DNA of 64,000 nucleotides from Paraphysomonas bandaiensis (Eukaryota > Protista > Chrysophyceae). The stretch is from the NCBI GenBank assembly GCA_965644295.1, contig CBFFRP010000346.1:35221-99220 (forward strand). Direction: 5' to 3'. The notes under the pieces are model-generated. The model made no database searches. It saw only the letters and a program-made list of their open reading frames with translations, and was not told where the DNA came from. Every line of letters begins with the position of its first letter. The first letter of the stretch is position 1. Shown one piece after another: positions 26,059 through 38,298 of this stretch. A program made the translations under genes and the position numbers.

Positions 26059-27098
26059 ATGGACCCGTCTTCCTTTTTGGCAGGTACTGTTTCTGGCGCG
26101 TTGGCTACTGAAACAAAGGAATCGATATTGGGTCAGGAATTGGAAAAATTACAGGAGAAAAAGGTTCATACATAGCAGTTTACTTGCACCTATTAACAAT
26201 CATAGCAGAATAAGCTGAAGGAGGACAACACGAAATATGTTTCTAATCATCCTGAGCTTAGTGTAATCATTGACGAGTTTGTAGCTGATGTATTGCAAAA
26301 GAAACCTCATGTAAATATCTTGTCTGGAGTTTTTATTGTGTATAACAATTGTGGTGCCAATGTTTAGGATATTGTTAAATTTGGGGAGAAGTTCTTTTCT
26401 AAACGAGCAAGGAAATCCCAAAAGGTACACTCAGTCAAGCGTACCTGTGATTATCTTTGATATGGATATTGTAGATCAATGATTTAAGTGGATTACCACC
26501 ACTTGTAATTGCTGGTCCATCTGGCGTTGGGAAGGGAACTATTATTAGCAAGCTTGTGGCAAGTTATCCTGCCTTGTTTGGTTTCTCTGTCAGTCATACC
26601 ACGCGAGCACCACGAGCTGGGGAAGTCGATGGTGTTCAATATAATTTTGTTAGTAGTGATGAGATGACCGAAGCAATAAGCGCCGGGAAATTTATTGAAC
26701 ACGCTCACGTACATTCCAATTATTATGGCACCAGTTTTGAAGCTGTGCAGTGTATTCAGGCCGAGGGAAAGATCTGCATACTTGATATTGATATTCAGGG
26801 AGTTCAGAGTGTTAAGGGCTCAGGACTGGACTGCAGGTATATTTTTATTGCCCCACCCACTATCGACGAATTAGAGCGACGACTAAGGGGACGGATGAGC
26901 GAAAGCGACGATAAGATTCGTATTCGACTAGAAAATGCGCGGGGAGAAATTGCGTATGGTATGGAGAAAGGGAACTTTGATGCGGTAGTTGTTAATGACA
27001 GTATTGAAACGACATTTGAAGAAATTGTCCGATTTCTCAGACACTGGTATCCTAATTTTGAATTCGGTGGTGTTCCCGATGACGAAGAGGAAGATTAA
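26059..27098 (+). CDS. Guanylate kinase with an N-terminal RIIa/Dpy-30-like dimerisation-docking domain (4 exons)
   Basis: Splicing three short introns gives ...EDNTKYVSNHPELSVIIDEFVADVLQKKPHDIVKFGEKFF... then PLVIAGPSGVGKGT, SVSHTTRAPRAGEVDGVQYNFV, YYGTS, ILDIDIQG. Confidence 0.88.
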
Positions 27099-28138
27099 CA
27101 AATTTGCAATTTAAATGTTGCTTATACCGTACCATAATCAACATATGTCTTGTAACAAAGTTTTGAGTAATAATTAATCGTAATGTTTACACAGAGTGGT
27201 CAAGACGACGCGAATTGGATCTAATTATATGTCTATGGTTACTACTCGCAATGTGCCATACACTATGTGTAATATGATACTGTGGAAGATATTCCAGTTT
27301 ATATGTGAGTACCTAAAAAAAGTAATGTCACATACTTAGTACACACTCCTGATTATAAATGAGGGCAACATTATTCAACCTATAGAGGATAGAGAAGATA
27401 ATACTACATTATCTTAAAAACACTCAGTTCTATATATAGCAGTAAATGTCATTATCGGGTTGCCATTAACGGTAGTGCAGTTCCCGGCAATTATAATGGC
27501 ATTAATGACAAAGGTCCCGGGATATATAATGGCAGCAGTGCCTTCCCCTCCATATATTGGTTGGCAACCTCCAGAACATCTGGATCATGCTCACAAGCCA
27601 GGGTTGCGTAACAATTAATTGCAATTAAATTGCAATTATTAGGTATAGCTCGCGCAATTATAATTGCTATTATTGCAATTAATTGCAATTTAATTGTGCC
27701 AATTATTGTCTTAGTTAAAATAAGATTTAAGGTTAGTCTTGATATTTAGTAAGAGTATACTTGATATTATTAGAGATAAAGATTGAACGATAAGGCCTAA
27801 TAGTATAATAGCAAGACATGTTGGAGCAGAGCGTTAGCACCACACGTGTGCGTATCTTGTACAGTCGCGTATCATGTATAGTTTGGTAATTATTCAGTCT
27901 ATTTGGTATTTCATTGTATACGTGTGTTGTATTCACGCGTTAAGAGATATACGTGAATCAATGATTCCTAATACTCCCCCTCAATGAATTAATCATATGA
28001 TGTATACATAGATATATGAATATAGGTGTATATTTTTGGAGATAGTTCTACTGAGGGTAAAACTCACGAGTGTAATCACAGATTGTGGATTACACTGATG
28101 TCAACATACAGCATACTCGTGGGAAACTCCGTAGATCT

Positions 28139-31100
28139 CTAAGTCATCCATTGTGGTCTCTTGGTTGAGTTCTCTGCCGGTGGGATAGATACTTTTGTTC
28201 TTTTATTGCTAGCAGGTATGTTGATACCTCCCCCCCCCATTAGTGAATCCCGCAATCTGTGGAACGTGTTTGATGTGAGGGGTTTAGTTAGAATGTCGGC
28301 CAGCATCTCGTTTGTAGGCATGTAATCAACGATAATAGAGTGCGATGCGACTTGTTCTCTTATGAAGTGATATCTGATGGCGATATGTTTTGTTCGTCGG
28401 TGGTGTACGGGGTTTAGGCATATAGTTGAATTGCACCTTTGTTGTCACACCATATGGTTGTTGAGTATGGCATGTGGAAGCCCAATTCCGAGAGTAGTGA
28501 CCGTAGCCAAATAGCTTATTGACATGCTGTTGATAGTGCCATGTACTCCGCTTCTGTAGAGGATAGAGCTACAGTGGTCTGGAGTCGTGATTGCCAGGAA
28601 ATAAGACAATTTCCAATAATGAAGCAAAACGCTGTGGTCGACCTGCGAGTTAAGTTGCAGCGTGCCCAATCACTGTCAGCGAATCCAGTTAAGGTAACAG
28701 ACTTCTCGGAGTACTGTAGACCTTGATCGATGGTGCCTTTGAGGTACCTAAGTATGTTTAGTGCGGCTTTTTTGTATGTAGTTAGATTTGGATTAGTACT
28801 GAAACGAGCAAGGGTGTTTACGGCATATGCAATATCAGGTCTAGTGCACACAGCAATATACATAAGTGAACCTATGAGCTCCTTGTAAGGAAAATTTTGG
28901 ACAAATTCTTGATTTACTTGGGATAGTTGTTCCTTTTCGAGAATGTCTATATGAAAATTTGTTGTCATGGGGTGACTACGTGGCTTGCAATCTTCCATGT
29001 TGAATCTGTGGAGTAGGTTCCGTATGTATTGAGATTGATTTAGTGTCGTAGTTCGATTCTGTATATATCCTGTTTGTGACGAATATGCCGAGGTAGTAAT
29101 CTAGGAGGCCGAGATCATGAATGTCGAATTTTTCAGCTAACGAATTCTTGATTCGGATGATGTCAGTCCTACTTTTAGCGGCGATAATGATGTCATCGAC
29201 GTAAACTGCCAGAATTATGGGTCGACCATTGATTGATTTCGTGAATATGCACGGGTCGGACACTAATCTGGTAAAACCACAGTCTAACAAATAATTAGTA
29301 CAACATTTATACCAATTTAACCCGGACTGTTTGAGTCCGTATATGCTCTTTAGAAGTCTGAGGACTTTACCGTTTGGAACATTGAGACCAGCAGGTGGAT
29401 ACATGTAAATTTCCTCTTGGAGGTCTGCATTGATGTAAGCAGTGGAGAAATCTACCTGGTGAAGCTCCAACCCAAGTATAGTTGCTAGTGCTATGACTGT
29501 TCTCATTGATGTGGCCTTTGCGACTGGGCTGTAGGTTTCGTTGTAGTCTTTACCCTCGACCTGGGAGAAACCTTGAGCCACTAACCTCGCCTTGAAGGTA
29601 ACCTCATCTCGCTTGAACTTTACCCTAAACACGAATTCTTTGTTATCCTCCAACAGCCTTTGCTCTCTAGAGACTTGATTTCTTTGTTGATGGCTCTTAG
29701 CCATTGTTCCTTGTACCTGCCTGATAGAGTGCCTCACCAACATTGTTAGGTGTGTTAGGTACATCATTGCTACATGTGTCATTTGCATGCATAATGATGT
29801 CAACATCATTCATGTATAATGTTCTGTAACTATCATGTTTATCAGGTGTTTTGTGGTTGTACAGATATCGTTTATCAACATCACAGTGGTATATATTGTC
29901 ACCAAATTTGTGTACATTCATGATTACCCTTTTTCTAGTCTGCCTCTTGCTGTGGAGACTTTTCTTTACGCAACGGCTCACCTTGTGACGGTGGGGTGTC
30001 CTTACACCTGTAATTGCGCCATCCGGGCTTTGCCGGCTCCTGTCACCCTGGGAATTCGCAGTCTTGATAGCTCGTTTGACTTTACGAGCAGGGTGATCAC
30101 GCTTGTTGTCACCCCGTGCCTCCTTCGGCACTGTATTCCGCTGAGCTTCTGCTGTGCGGCGAGGCCTTGCCTCCTTTTCATTTGAGTAGGGTCCTCTCAA
30201 ATGGCTGTGACTCCCGCCCCGTGTGGCGTCATGACGGCTATCGGTTGAACTGCTCCTCCCTGGAGCTGTTCCTTCCACGGGGCATCCTGGTTCCTCTTGC
30301 GGGGGTGATACCGCGTTCTGATAACTAAAGTGCTCGGCAGTGTATCTTTCGATGTCCGCAGTGTGTATTGGGTCATTTAACTCGATGACCCGCCCTTCAT
30401 TTTCTCGTGGGGCCAATCCTCTGTAAGCAGCCACGTGGCCTTTGATGACTGTGATTCTTGTCGTGATGTATTGGAGGCCATCCTGTGGATCTGTGTGGGT
30501 TATTCCAACGAGGTATTGGAAGCTCTCGGTTGTTCGATTCTCTGAATTTTCTTCTCTCAGTGATGATTCGATTTCAGCGTAATAGTTTTCTTTGACGTCG
30601 GGGATGCACTCATTGAAAAAGACGTGACTTGAGATATAACAAAGTCCTTGAGTGAAGGTACATATATGACGTACCCTGGTCCATCCTCTCGGTATCCCAT
30701 GAAGTACCCAATATGGCTCTGTGGAGACCAATCGTTTCTTCTCTGAGACTTGTCTATGAATGTATGGCATTTGCAGCCCCAAATCCTGGCGTAAGATAAA
30801 TCGGGGGCCTCGTCGTGGGTGAACTGATACGGTGATATGAATCCCTTTGCAGTGGCGCATGGCAGGCGATTTTTCATATGCGTGACGGTGGACATGGCAT
30901 GTTCCCAGAAGTTGGGTGGTAGGCCTGAGTTGCAAATGGATGCAAGCGTTCATTCCTTGGTCGTGCGCCATGGTCGTTCTTGAATGGGGTTGTCTTCAGG
31001 CGTGTATGGAGCGTTAAAGGTCCAGGTTGATCCTAATTTTCTCAGCAAGTTCAGTACACGATGTGATACTAGTTCACGGCCACCATCAGCATGATAGTGT

Positions 31101-33768
31101 ATTAGCCGTTTGCCTTTCGAATGCAGATAATCCACAATTTTCTGAATGCACTCAATGACAAAATCCTCGGTTCTGTGTTTTCCATAGAATGTCCAACTGT
31201 ATCTTGAAGCTGCATCGGTAGCTCCGAAGACTACGGTGTTTCCTGTGACTATTGCTGGAGGTGAAAATGGTCCAGTAAAATCAACTGCTATAAGTCCTCC
31301 AAGCTCCTGCGATCTTCTGGTTTTTGTCGGTATCATTTGCCTTGTCTCGCGCCTATGTTTCCTCCTGTGAGCCTTGCCTTGTGCGCAGCCATCACACAGG
31401 CCTTCTGGTAGCTGTGTGGCGAGCTCAGGTCGGATTTTGAAATGGTGATTCCTTTTTTACAAGATTCAACTTTAGTGCTTTTTGAATTAAGCCAATGGAT
31501 GCGTGAGTCAACCTTCGATGTGCCAGGGAAATCGAGGAACCGCTGGATGTAGATGCCAAGTTGCACTGGTCTTGGATGTAACCTAAATCGGATAATTTGA
31601 CCTCGTGTATAGACCGTTTTGTTTCCTGGCTGTGGTTAACAAAATTCCATCGTGGTATATGCGTGCCTCGTTTTGTCCGAATACTATGTTGCAGTCGGCG
31701 TCTGTTGTCAACTGGCTGATAGAAATTAAAGTCTTTGACGCATCTGAAACTAACTTGCACTTTCTGATCAGTCCAAGCTTGCCGTATCCCAATGCCTGCA
31801 TTTCTGATCCTGATTTGGCGGTGTAAATAGTGGTTTGGTCATAAGTGAATTCGGAGAGTAAGCTTCGTGCTGCTGTAATTGATATTGTGCAGCCAGAGAG
31901 TCTAGAATGCCGAAGTCCTGCTTCTCGTGTTCCGTATGTAGGACGTGATTGTCTGTGATCATCCCAGAGAATGCACTGTAGTCATTGTCATCGTTTGGCC
32001 CCTCATCGTCATAGTCTTCCAGTCTTAAGTTCGAATCCCGATGACTGTTTCTTGGAGTGATGCCCTTTCCCTCTTTTGTCGTCGTTTCGTTTGTTTGTGG
32101 ACTTCTGCATCTGTTGTATGTGTTCCCACGAGTGCTTGCACTCTGCTGCAATGTGGTTGGATCCATTGCATCTGAAGCACTTAACTTCGCGTGACTTTGC
32201 ACTTGTAGCTCTGCTGGACTTGTTGAATTTCTTGTGTTTCGTTGGATTTCGCTGCCCGTTGTGCTTTTGCTTTTTCGATTGACGGAGGTTAAACGGCTGT
32301 TTGCCTGTTGAGCTGTAGTTTGCGCTATCCCGTTTGGTTTCCGTATTTTGTGATAGTAGGGAGCCTACAGTGGAATGCTCGAATGCTCTCAATCTTCTTA
32401 TCAGCGTTTTATAATCATCAATTGGGTTCATTTGGAGGTTGATTGCCAGGTCCTTATAGGTCTGGTTCTCATTTGAGACCATCCCTTGTCGTATTCTTGA
32501 AATGAGGTCTTGTTCAGAGACTTTGTGGCCATGTGTAGCGAGCTTTAATCGCAATTTTTCGACTTCGTCCAGGAATTGATTGATTGTTTGAGCTTGCTTG
32601 ATTGCAGTTGGCCAATGAGGTCGGTTATCGTATCATTTGAGGTCTTGTCTTTGAAATGCTTTAAGTCGATGTGATGAACAAACCTGGAGAAGCGCTCTAA
32701 ACCTGGTAAAATTTTGAAAATGTCGATTTATGTTGAGTTTTTGATGCTTTTTGCAATAAATACTGCAGCAGGTGTGAAGAGAACATGTTTTTAAAGACAT
32801 TTAATAAGTTTTATATTAGTTACAGGCCAAAAACGTGAGAATGTAACGGTTACACTATACATGATATATGCGTACTATAGTGTACGTATCTATGTACAGC
32901 AAAGTTCTGTTGGCTAATTAAAAATACTTACAAGCGATAATCAATAGAACTTCTGGCACGATAATCAGAATGATTGATTGCGTAGTTTACATGATGCTGC
33001 AGAAGAAAAAGGACTGTCACTACGCTTCAAAGGCATTTCATGTAAGCTTTTACCCTGCCGTAAGTAGCTAGAAACTACACTGTGTTTCATTTATAGTATT
33101 ATCTTTAAAGTAATATAGTATCTAATCATGTATTGTATGTGTATAATGTATAATATATAGTTACGTTGATGTGAGATTTTCATAAGTATTATTACAGTAG
33201 ATTTATATGAAAAGTAACAATATAATACAATATTTTAGTAAAATATTTTTAAAATATATATAATTGAAAATATACAACAACTAAATTGTAATTAACATTA
33301 ACCCTAGTCTTCAAATAAGTACTTATACGACACTTTTCCATATATGAAACCTGGTGAAATCACTTTACCAGGTTTCACGATCACACCAACTTTTTTCGAT
33401 CTCTGGCCATGCCCTTTTTCCATCTCCTCCAGGGACTGTTTCGATAATATCCTCTCTGCTTCTTCGTTTTGGCCAATCACCGCGCTGGATAGAAGTGACC
33501 ATCATAGGTAATTGTTGCCCTCCTCGAAATACTGCATATTTTCGTCGTAGGCGTTTTTCCTCTACTGTTTCTTCCTCTTGAAGTATAGGCTCCTCTGGCG
33601 CATCATTTCTTAGGATGTATACTATCTTGGGCTTTCGAAAGAACCAGGCTCAACTTTTCTTCTGCCATTTCGAGAAGTTCTTGGCGTCGAAGGGTGGCAT
33701 GGAATCCTTCCTCTTGTCCGATGAGTCGGAGTCGGAGTTATCGTAACTGTTAGAGTCTTAGGACTCAT
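28139..33768 (-). pseudogene. gag-pol of element 2, many frameshifts, gag interrupted by an insertion
   Basis: ORF fragments colinear with and homologous to element 1 gag-pol. Confidence 0.9.
32663..33392. mobile_element. 730-bp AT-rich non-autonomous TIR element inserted in gag of element 2
   Basis: Imperfect ~32-bp TIRs AAGTCGATGTGATGAACAAACCTGG / rc AAGTTGGTGTGATCGTGAAACCTGG; removing it plus one TTT restores gag WPEIEKHFKDKTSND, which aligns with element 1 WTDLLNHFKEKTTND. Confidence 0.85.
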
Positions 33769-34613
33769 CCGCCGCCAAAATAAGATTTAAGGTTAGTCTT
33801 GATATTTAGTAAGAATATACTTGATAATTTATTAGAGATAAAGATTGAACTATAAGGCCTAATAGTATAATAGCAAGACATGTTGGAGCAGAGCGTTAGC
33901 ACCACACGTGTGCGTATTTTGTACAGTCGCGTATCATGTATAGTTTGGTAATTATTCAGTCTATTTGGTATTTCATTGTATACGTGTGTTGTATTCACGC
34001 GTTAAGAGATATACGTGAATCAATGATTCCTAATAAGTTACTCATTGCAAACACGTATAGCATCTTCAACCGTATGATGATATAATTGACAGAATATGAT
34101 AATCCATGTCCATACCGCTGCGCATCTAGTTCGTAGTAAACTGTAAACTTCAACCCTGCAGTGTCCTGTAAGGCATCCAGGTTCGGGAGAACATGATTGC
34201 CACACTACATATAGATATATATCTTCAACCAGAGGGGTATTGAGCATTACATATGCACTATGGACTATGGATCGAGCTGAAGTAAGTTTTGTAGCTCAAA
34301 ATCAAGAGGAAAGACACATAATCGACCGTTCAAAAAACAGTACCTTTTTTAATGTAAAGAAAACGTTATATATATAACGAGAAGCCACCTTCCCACTATT
34401 GTAATAGCCATTAAGGGCAATAAATCGCCATCGTCCTCAGTGTTTTTCAACTTCTAATTCTAATAATATTATGTGCTCTTATACTATATAGTTAATATAA
34501 TTGCAATTAATTGCAATTTAATTGCAACCTTACAGCGAGCAATTGTAATTGCAATTATTACGTATGTTCCATGCAATTACAATTGTAATTCAATTAATTG
34601 TTACGCAGCCCTG

Positions 34614-35176
34614 TCACAAGCCCCCCAAATCGTCGCAACCCAAGTATCATTTCGTTCATGCCATCGCTGTCGTGCTCTGCCTCCTCCAGTAGGTTTCGAC
34701 TCTAACCCCAGGTGATTTCGGTTCTTCTTCATCAGACGAATTCTGATCTTATGAGCTGATACCTCAGCCTGATACTTGTCAAACTTCAGCACCTTGTTGT
34801 TCTCCTTCGCCTCATCAGAGCTACCATTCGCTACCATGTTAGAATTGGACATTTCACTGAAGTTAACTTTGCTCTACACGTAAACCTTATCCTTGCTATG
34901 TTGAACACAATACACTTTCAAGTAAGAAATTATTATTATTATTCTGAACACTTCACTACATATTCGTGTAACATCTGATGAAACATCTGTTCTCAGCAAC
35001 ATCTGTTTATCATATGTTCATCAGTCAGCTCTATATCTTGTATTGGCACACATAAGTAACTGAATTTAATTCCTTTGTAAGTATAATCACCCGTTACACC
35101 TATGAGTTGACTTCACCTATTGCACACTATCAACTCACTTCAATTGCACAATACCCTTGGAAAACTATATTCAGCA
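34614..35176 (-). pseudogene. Remnant of a third LTR retrotransposon (LTR end, PBS, gag start); gag continues at 27598-27491
   Basis: Minus strand reads TCTAACA|TGGTAGCGA (CA end + PBS), then a gag-like ORF (KVLKFDKY...RNHLGLESKP...WHERNDTWVATIWGAC) that joins in frame to EHDPDVLEVANQYM once the hAT element is removed; outer LTR limit 35176 is tentative. Confidence 0.6.
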
Positions 35177-37075
35177 TATACAATAGTTAAGAAAGTTATT
35201 GTTTATAATCAAAATTCGGCCGGATATATGGCTTACGGAGTTAATCGGTGTACGGATGAACCTTTTTAGGTATTGCTTTGGATTGAATACGAGACATGAG
35301 TATATTTTTATTCGAACAGCGAAAGCAGATGCAGTAACAGCTACGCTATTGCTTTGTTTTATGGGTGCAAGCGTTTTATAATATAACATCCTCATTCTAG
35401 GTCTCAAGTTGGATGCTGTTTCCATCGGGTGATTCTTATTCCTATAAATGTGAGTTTCTGTTCTCTTAATTTGTATCATTAGGGCAGTATGGGGTATGGG
35501 CTTATGACGCAGTCCAACCGTTACTTTCATGGACTACTACGAACTACCTGCGTATCATTGGGGTTGGGGAAGCACAACACTGTTTCAGGTACTAGCCTAT
35601 ACCGTGATTTTTAATACCTTGTATTCGTGTCAAAAAGTAATGTGGACTAGGGTGAGACTCTATGTTGAAAGTAACGTCGGATAAAGAAAGTTAGTAACAC
35701 TATCCTTTATTATCAGTTTGTGGCTTACTAATTGCACTAAAATATCGTATACCGTATAACTACTGTTGCTCACTAACGCATATAATCTAAACATAAATGC
35801 AGATTCAGTTTATCATTAACTCACGATCTCACAAGGAACATACCACAGTTCATAGTGATCAGTTATTTTAAACACTTTGACTAGGTTCAACGTAAATATA
35901 TGCAGTAGAAATAGGTGATTCACCCGTAGTTGCGTCATATATATCTTATAAAGAGGAGAGGTACGAGCGGCCACCCAACTCTGTTCTACTTATTATAGTT
36001 TACGATAAAAGTACGTCGAACGATTGCTAGTATACTTACCTACAATTCGAGTGGAATCAGTTCTTGCAACTTCTCCATAAATAGATCGATATTCAAATCC
36101 TTTTTGTCTCGTGAATTTGTACCCACGAGAGTGAAGCTAATGAAGAGGATGATTACTAAATTTAGTCGCTACTGACCCTAAAATATAATTGAGTCTTTCA
36201 ATTCCTCGACTCTCAGGTAAAATACTTTTCGTACCACCGGCTACCACATTTTCCACAAACTGATAACCTTATTGATTAATGGCATCCTGTTATAATACGA
36301 ATGATGTCATGGAGCAATAGTTTTCTATTTAAAAATAGCTTGAAAGAGTAGACGTACGAATGAAGGATAGGTTTTCGAACTCGGATAGTAGCAGACAGAG
36401 ATCGGAATTGGAGCACTGGCTTGAATATGAGTGTCAGTTACTTCTTTAGCCGAATGATTTTCAACTCGGTAGTGACAGCACTTTCGTTCCCTGCAGTGCA
36501 GTATTGCAATTGGCAATGCCATTGAAGATCCTGCAAAATTATGAACCGCCAGCAATGTATTATTTCGCAATCTACAATCGTATTCCATTGTAGTAAAACA
36601 GAACTGTTGTTTTTGTCAGGAATTCCTACACTTTTTGCCGTTGAATCATCTTCAATTTGAATATATGAATATATTTGCAGTTCTAAAAAAAGAGGGGTTT
36701 TATAGAACGCACAGAATGTTGGTAAAATCCACTATTTTTGAAAAACAGTTGACAAAAAAATAACACTCCCTCTGCTATGTAGGTGATGAAACCACCTTAC
36801 TCGTACATCATCGTCGAAATGTGTGGTAGTCGTGTGACATAGGTAGCATCATTTGCAACGAAGTAATCCCCACCCCATCCCATGCTCCCTCAACTAACTT
36901 GACGTAGACGATATAATCAGCGCATCTTGACTTCCTGAATGACTGACATATAATCACACACTTGGACATGTCACACTGCCATTACTTTATATAAGTTTTA
37001 AATAATTGCGTCCTCGTCATCCAACGGTAACTTAGTTATGAATACCAGACACTAAGTTGAGTGGGTGAAGCTCCA

Positions 37076-38298
37076 ATGGAGCAGTGTAATTTAATTGTGA
37101 ATTACTTACCCCTCTATATTGATGATGCATCATTAACGGTGAGACTGCAGTACTTCGTGGATGTGTTTAATTTATATTATTTTTAAATAGGACCTATTTG
37201 CGCCGTATGGAGAGATATTGCAAGCCAATGTTGCACGAAACAAAACAACTGGTGAAAGTCTCTCCTATGGATTCGTCAAATTCGCTCGTATAGAGGACGC
37301 AAATGCTGCAATTGCTGCACGAAATGGATTTCGTATGGGAAATAAACAACTCAAAGTTAGCGTTGCCCGACCTAAGCCGGCGGACATTCAAAATAGAAAA
37401 TTGTTCGTGTCTAAACTGCCCTTGTGGTATACAGAGAATCAAGTTCGAGAACTCTTCGCCGAGGTTGCTACTATAATTCTTTTACTGTATATTAATAATA
37501 AACGCAGTATGGCCACATCATTGAGTGTCGCCTATTGCTAGAATCGGATAGAAAAACTTCCAGGGGATCAGCATTCGTGGAATACGATCTCGCTTCTGAA
37601 TGCGAAGCAGGTATAGTTATCATCGATGTGTTTTTATTATATGGCATAATTGTAGCTATGTTGTAGCATTGGCCGCAATGCATGAAAAGATTCCTCCAGG
37701 AGCAACCAGTAGTATATGTGTATATTATGCCCGCCCACCACCGTCATCAGATAACTCATCGAATGACACAACCCGACTATCGGGTCAGTCTCCTACAGCC
37801 GCTGCTCAGATACCTGCTTGGGTTGGGGGTCCTTGGTCGGTTCCCTCATCATCTCCCTCATTTCCGTACCCCATTGCGCCCCAGGCTGCCTTCATGGCTC
37901 CACCTGCTCCGCCTTACCCTCAGATGTCCCCTACAAGTCCTGCAGGTCAATATCCTTGCTCCAGCTCAACTCATTACCGGTCATTTTTTCCGGAGTCCAG
38001 CCGGACACCGGATATGCAGGAGATCAGCTTCGAGATATTCGGGCTCCCAGCTAATGTCAATGTCAAGATGCTAGTTGATATATTTGAGCCGTTCGGTCAC
38101 GTAACAGCTCTAGTGATTGATCACACGCTAAGAGATTATAGAGTAGTGTCATGTGGAAGTGGCTGGGCTAGGATGATTTCAACACCTCAGCAAACGCAGG
38201 ATTTGTTCCGGCTAGTTCATAATACCTGTGTGTTTCCTGGATACCCGCCTATTCAACTTTTGATTTTCCAGCCATCAAGTGAAAATTCGAATATCTAA
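37076..38298 (+). CDS. ELAV/Hu/Sex-lethal-like RNA-binding protein with three RRMs (multi-exon)
   Basis: NLIVNYLP (RNP2), SLSYGFVKF (RNP1), KQLKVSVARP, KLFVSKLP, SRGSAFVEY, Pro-rich linker, degenerate third RRM. Confidence 0.85.

Larger units (their letters stand above)
27718..34035 (-). mobile_element. Ty1/copia LTR retrotransposon (element 2), degenerate coding region
   Basis: LTRs at 27718-27973 and 33778-34035 (about 3 substitutions plus a 2-nt indel); TSD AGTTA (27713-27717, 34036-34040); PBS TGGCGGCGG; PPT GAGGGGGAG; frameshifted gag (CFRCNGSNHIAAEC), IN (HADGGRE), RT (YVDD) and RH. Confidence 0.96.
27599..34613. mobile_element. hAT-type non-autonomous element (MITE, ~0.7 kb on its own) split by copia element 2
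   Basis: TIRs CAGGGTTGCGTAACAATTAATTG / CAATTAATTGTTACGCAGCCCTG; perfect 8-bp TSD TCACAAGC (27591-27598, 34614-34621); arrays of subterminal TAATTGC motifs. Confidence 0.92.

Noticed and set aside
36040-36660. Minus-strand stretches that look like a decayed coding region
   Set aside because: Stops and frame changes, no recognisable domain; cannot support a gene call
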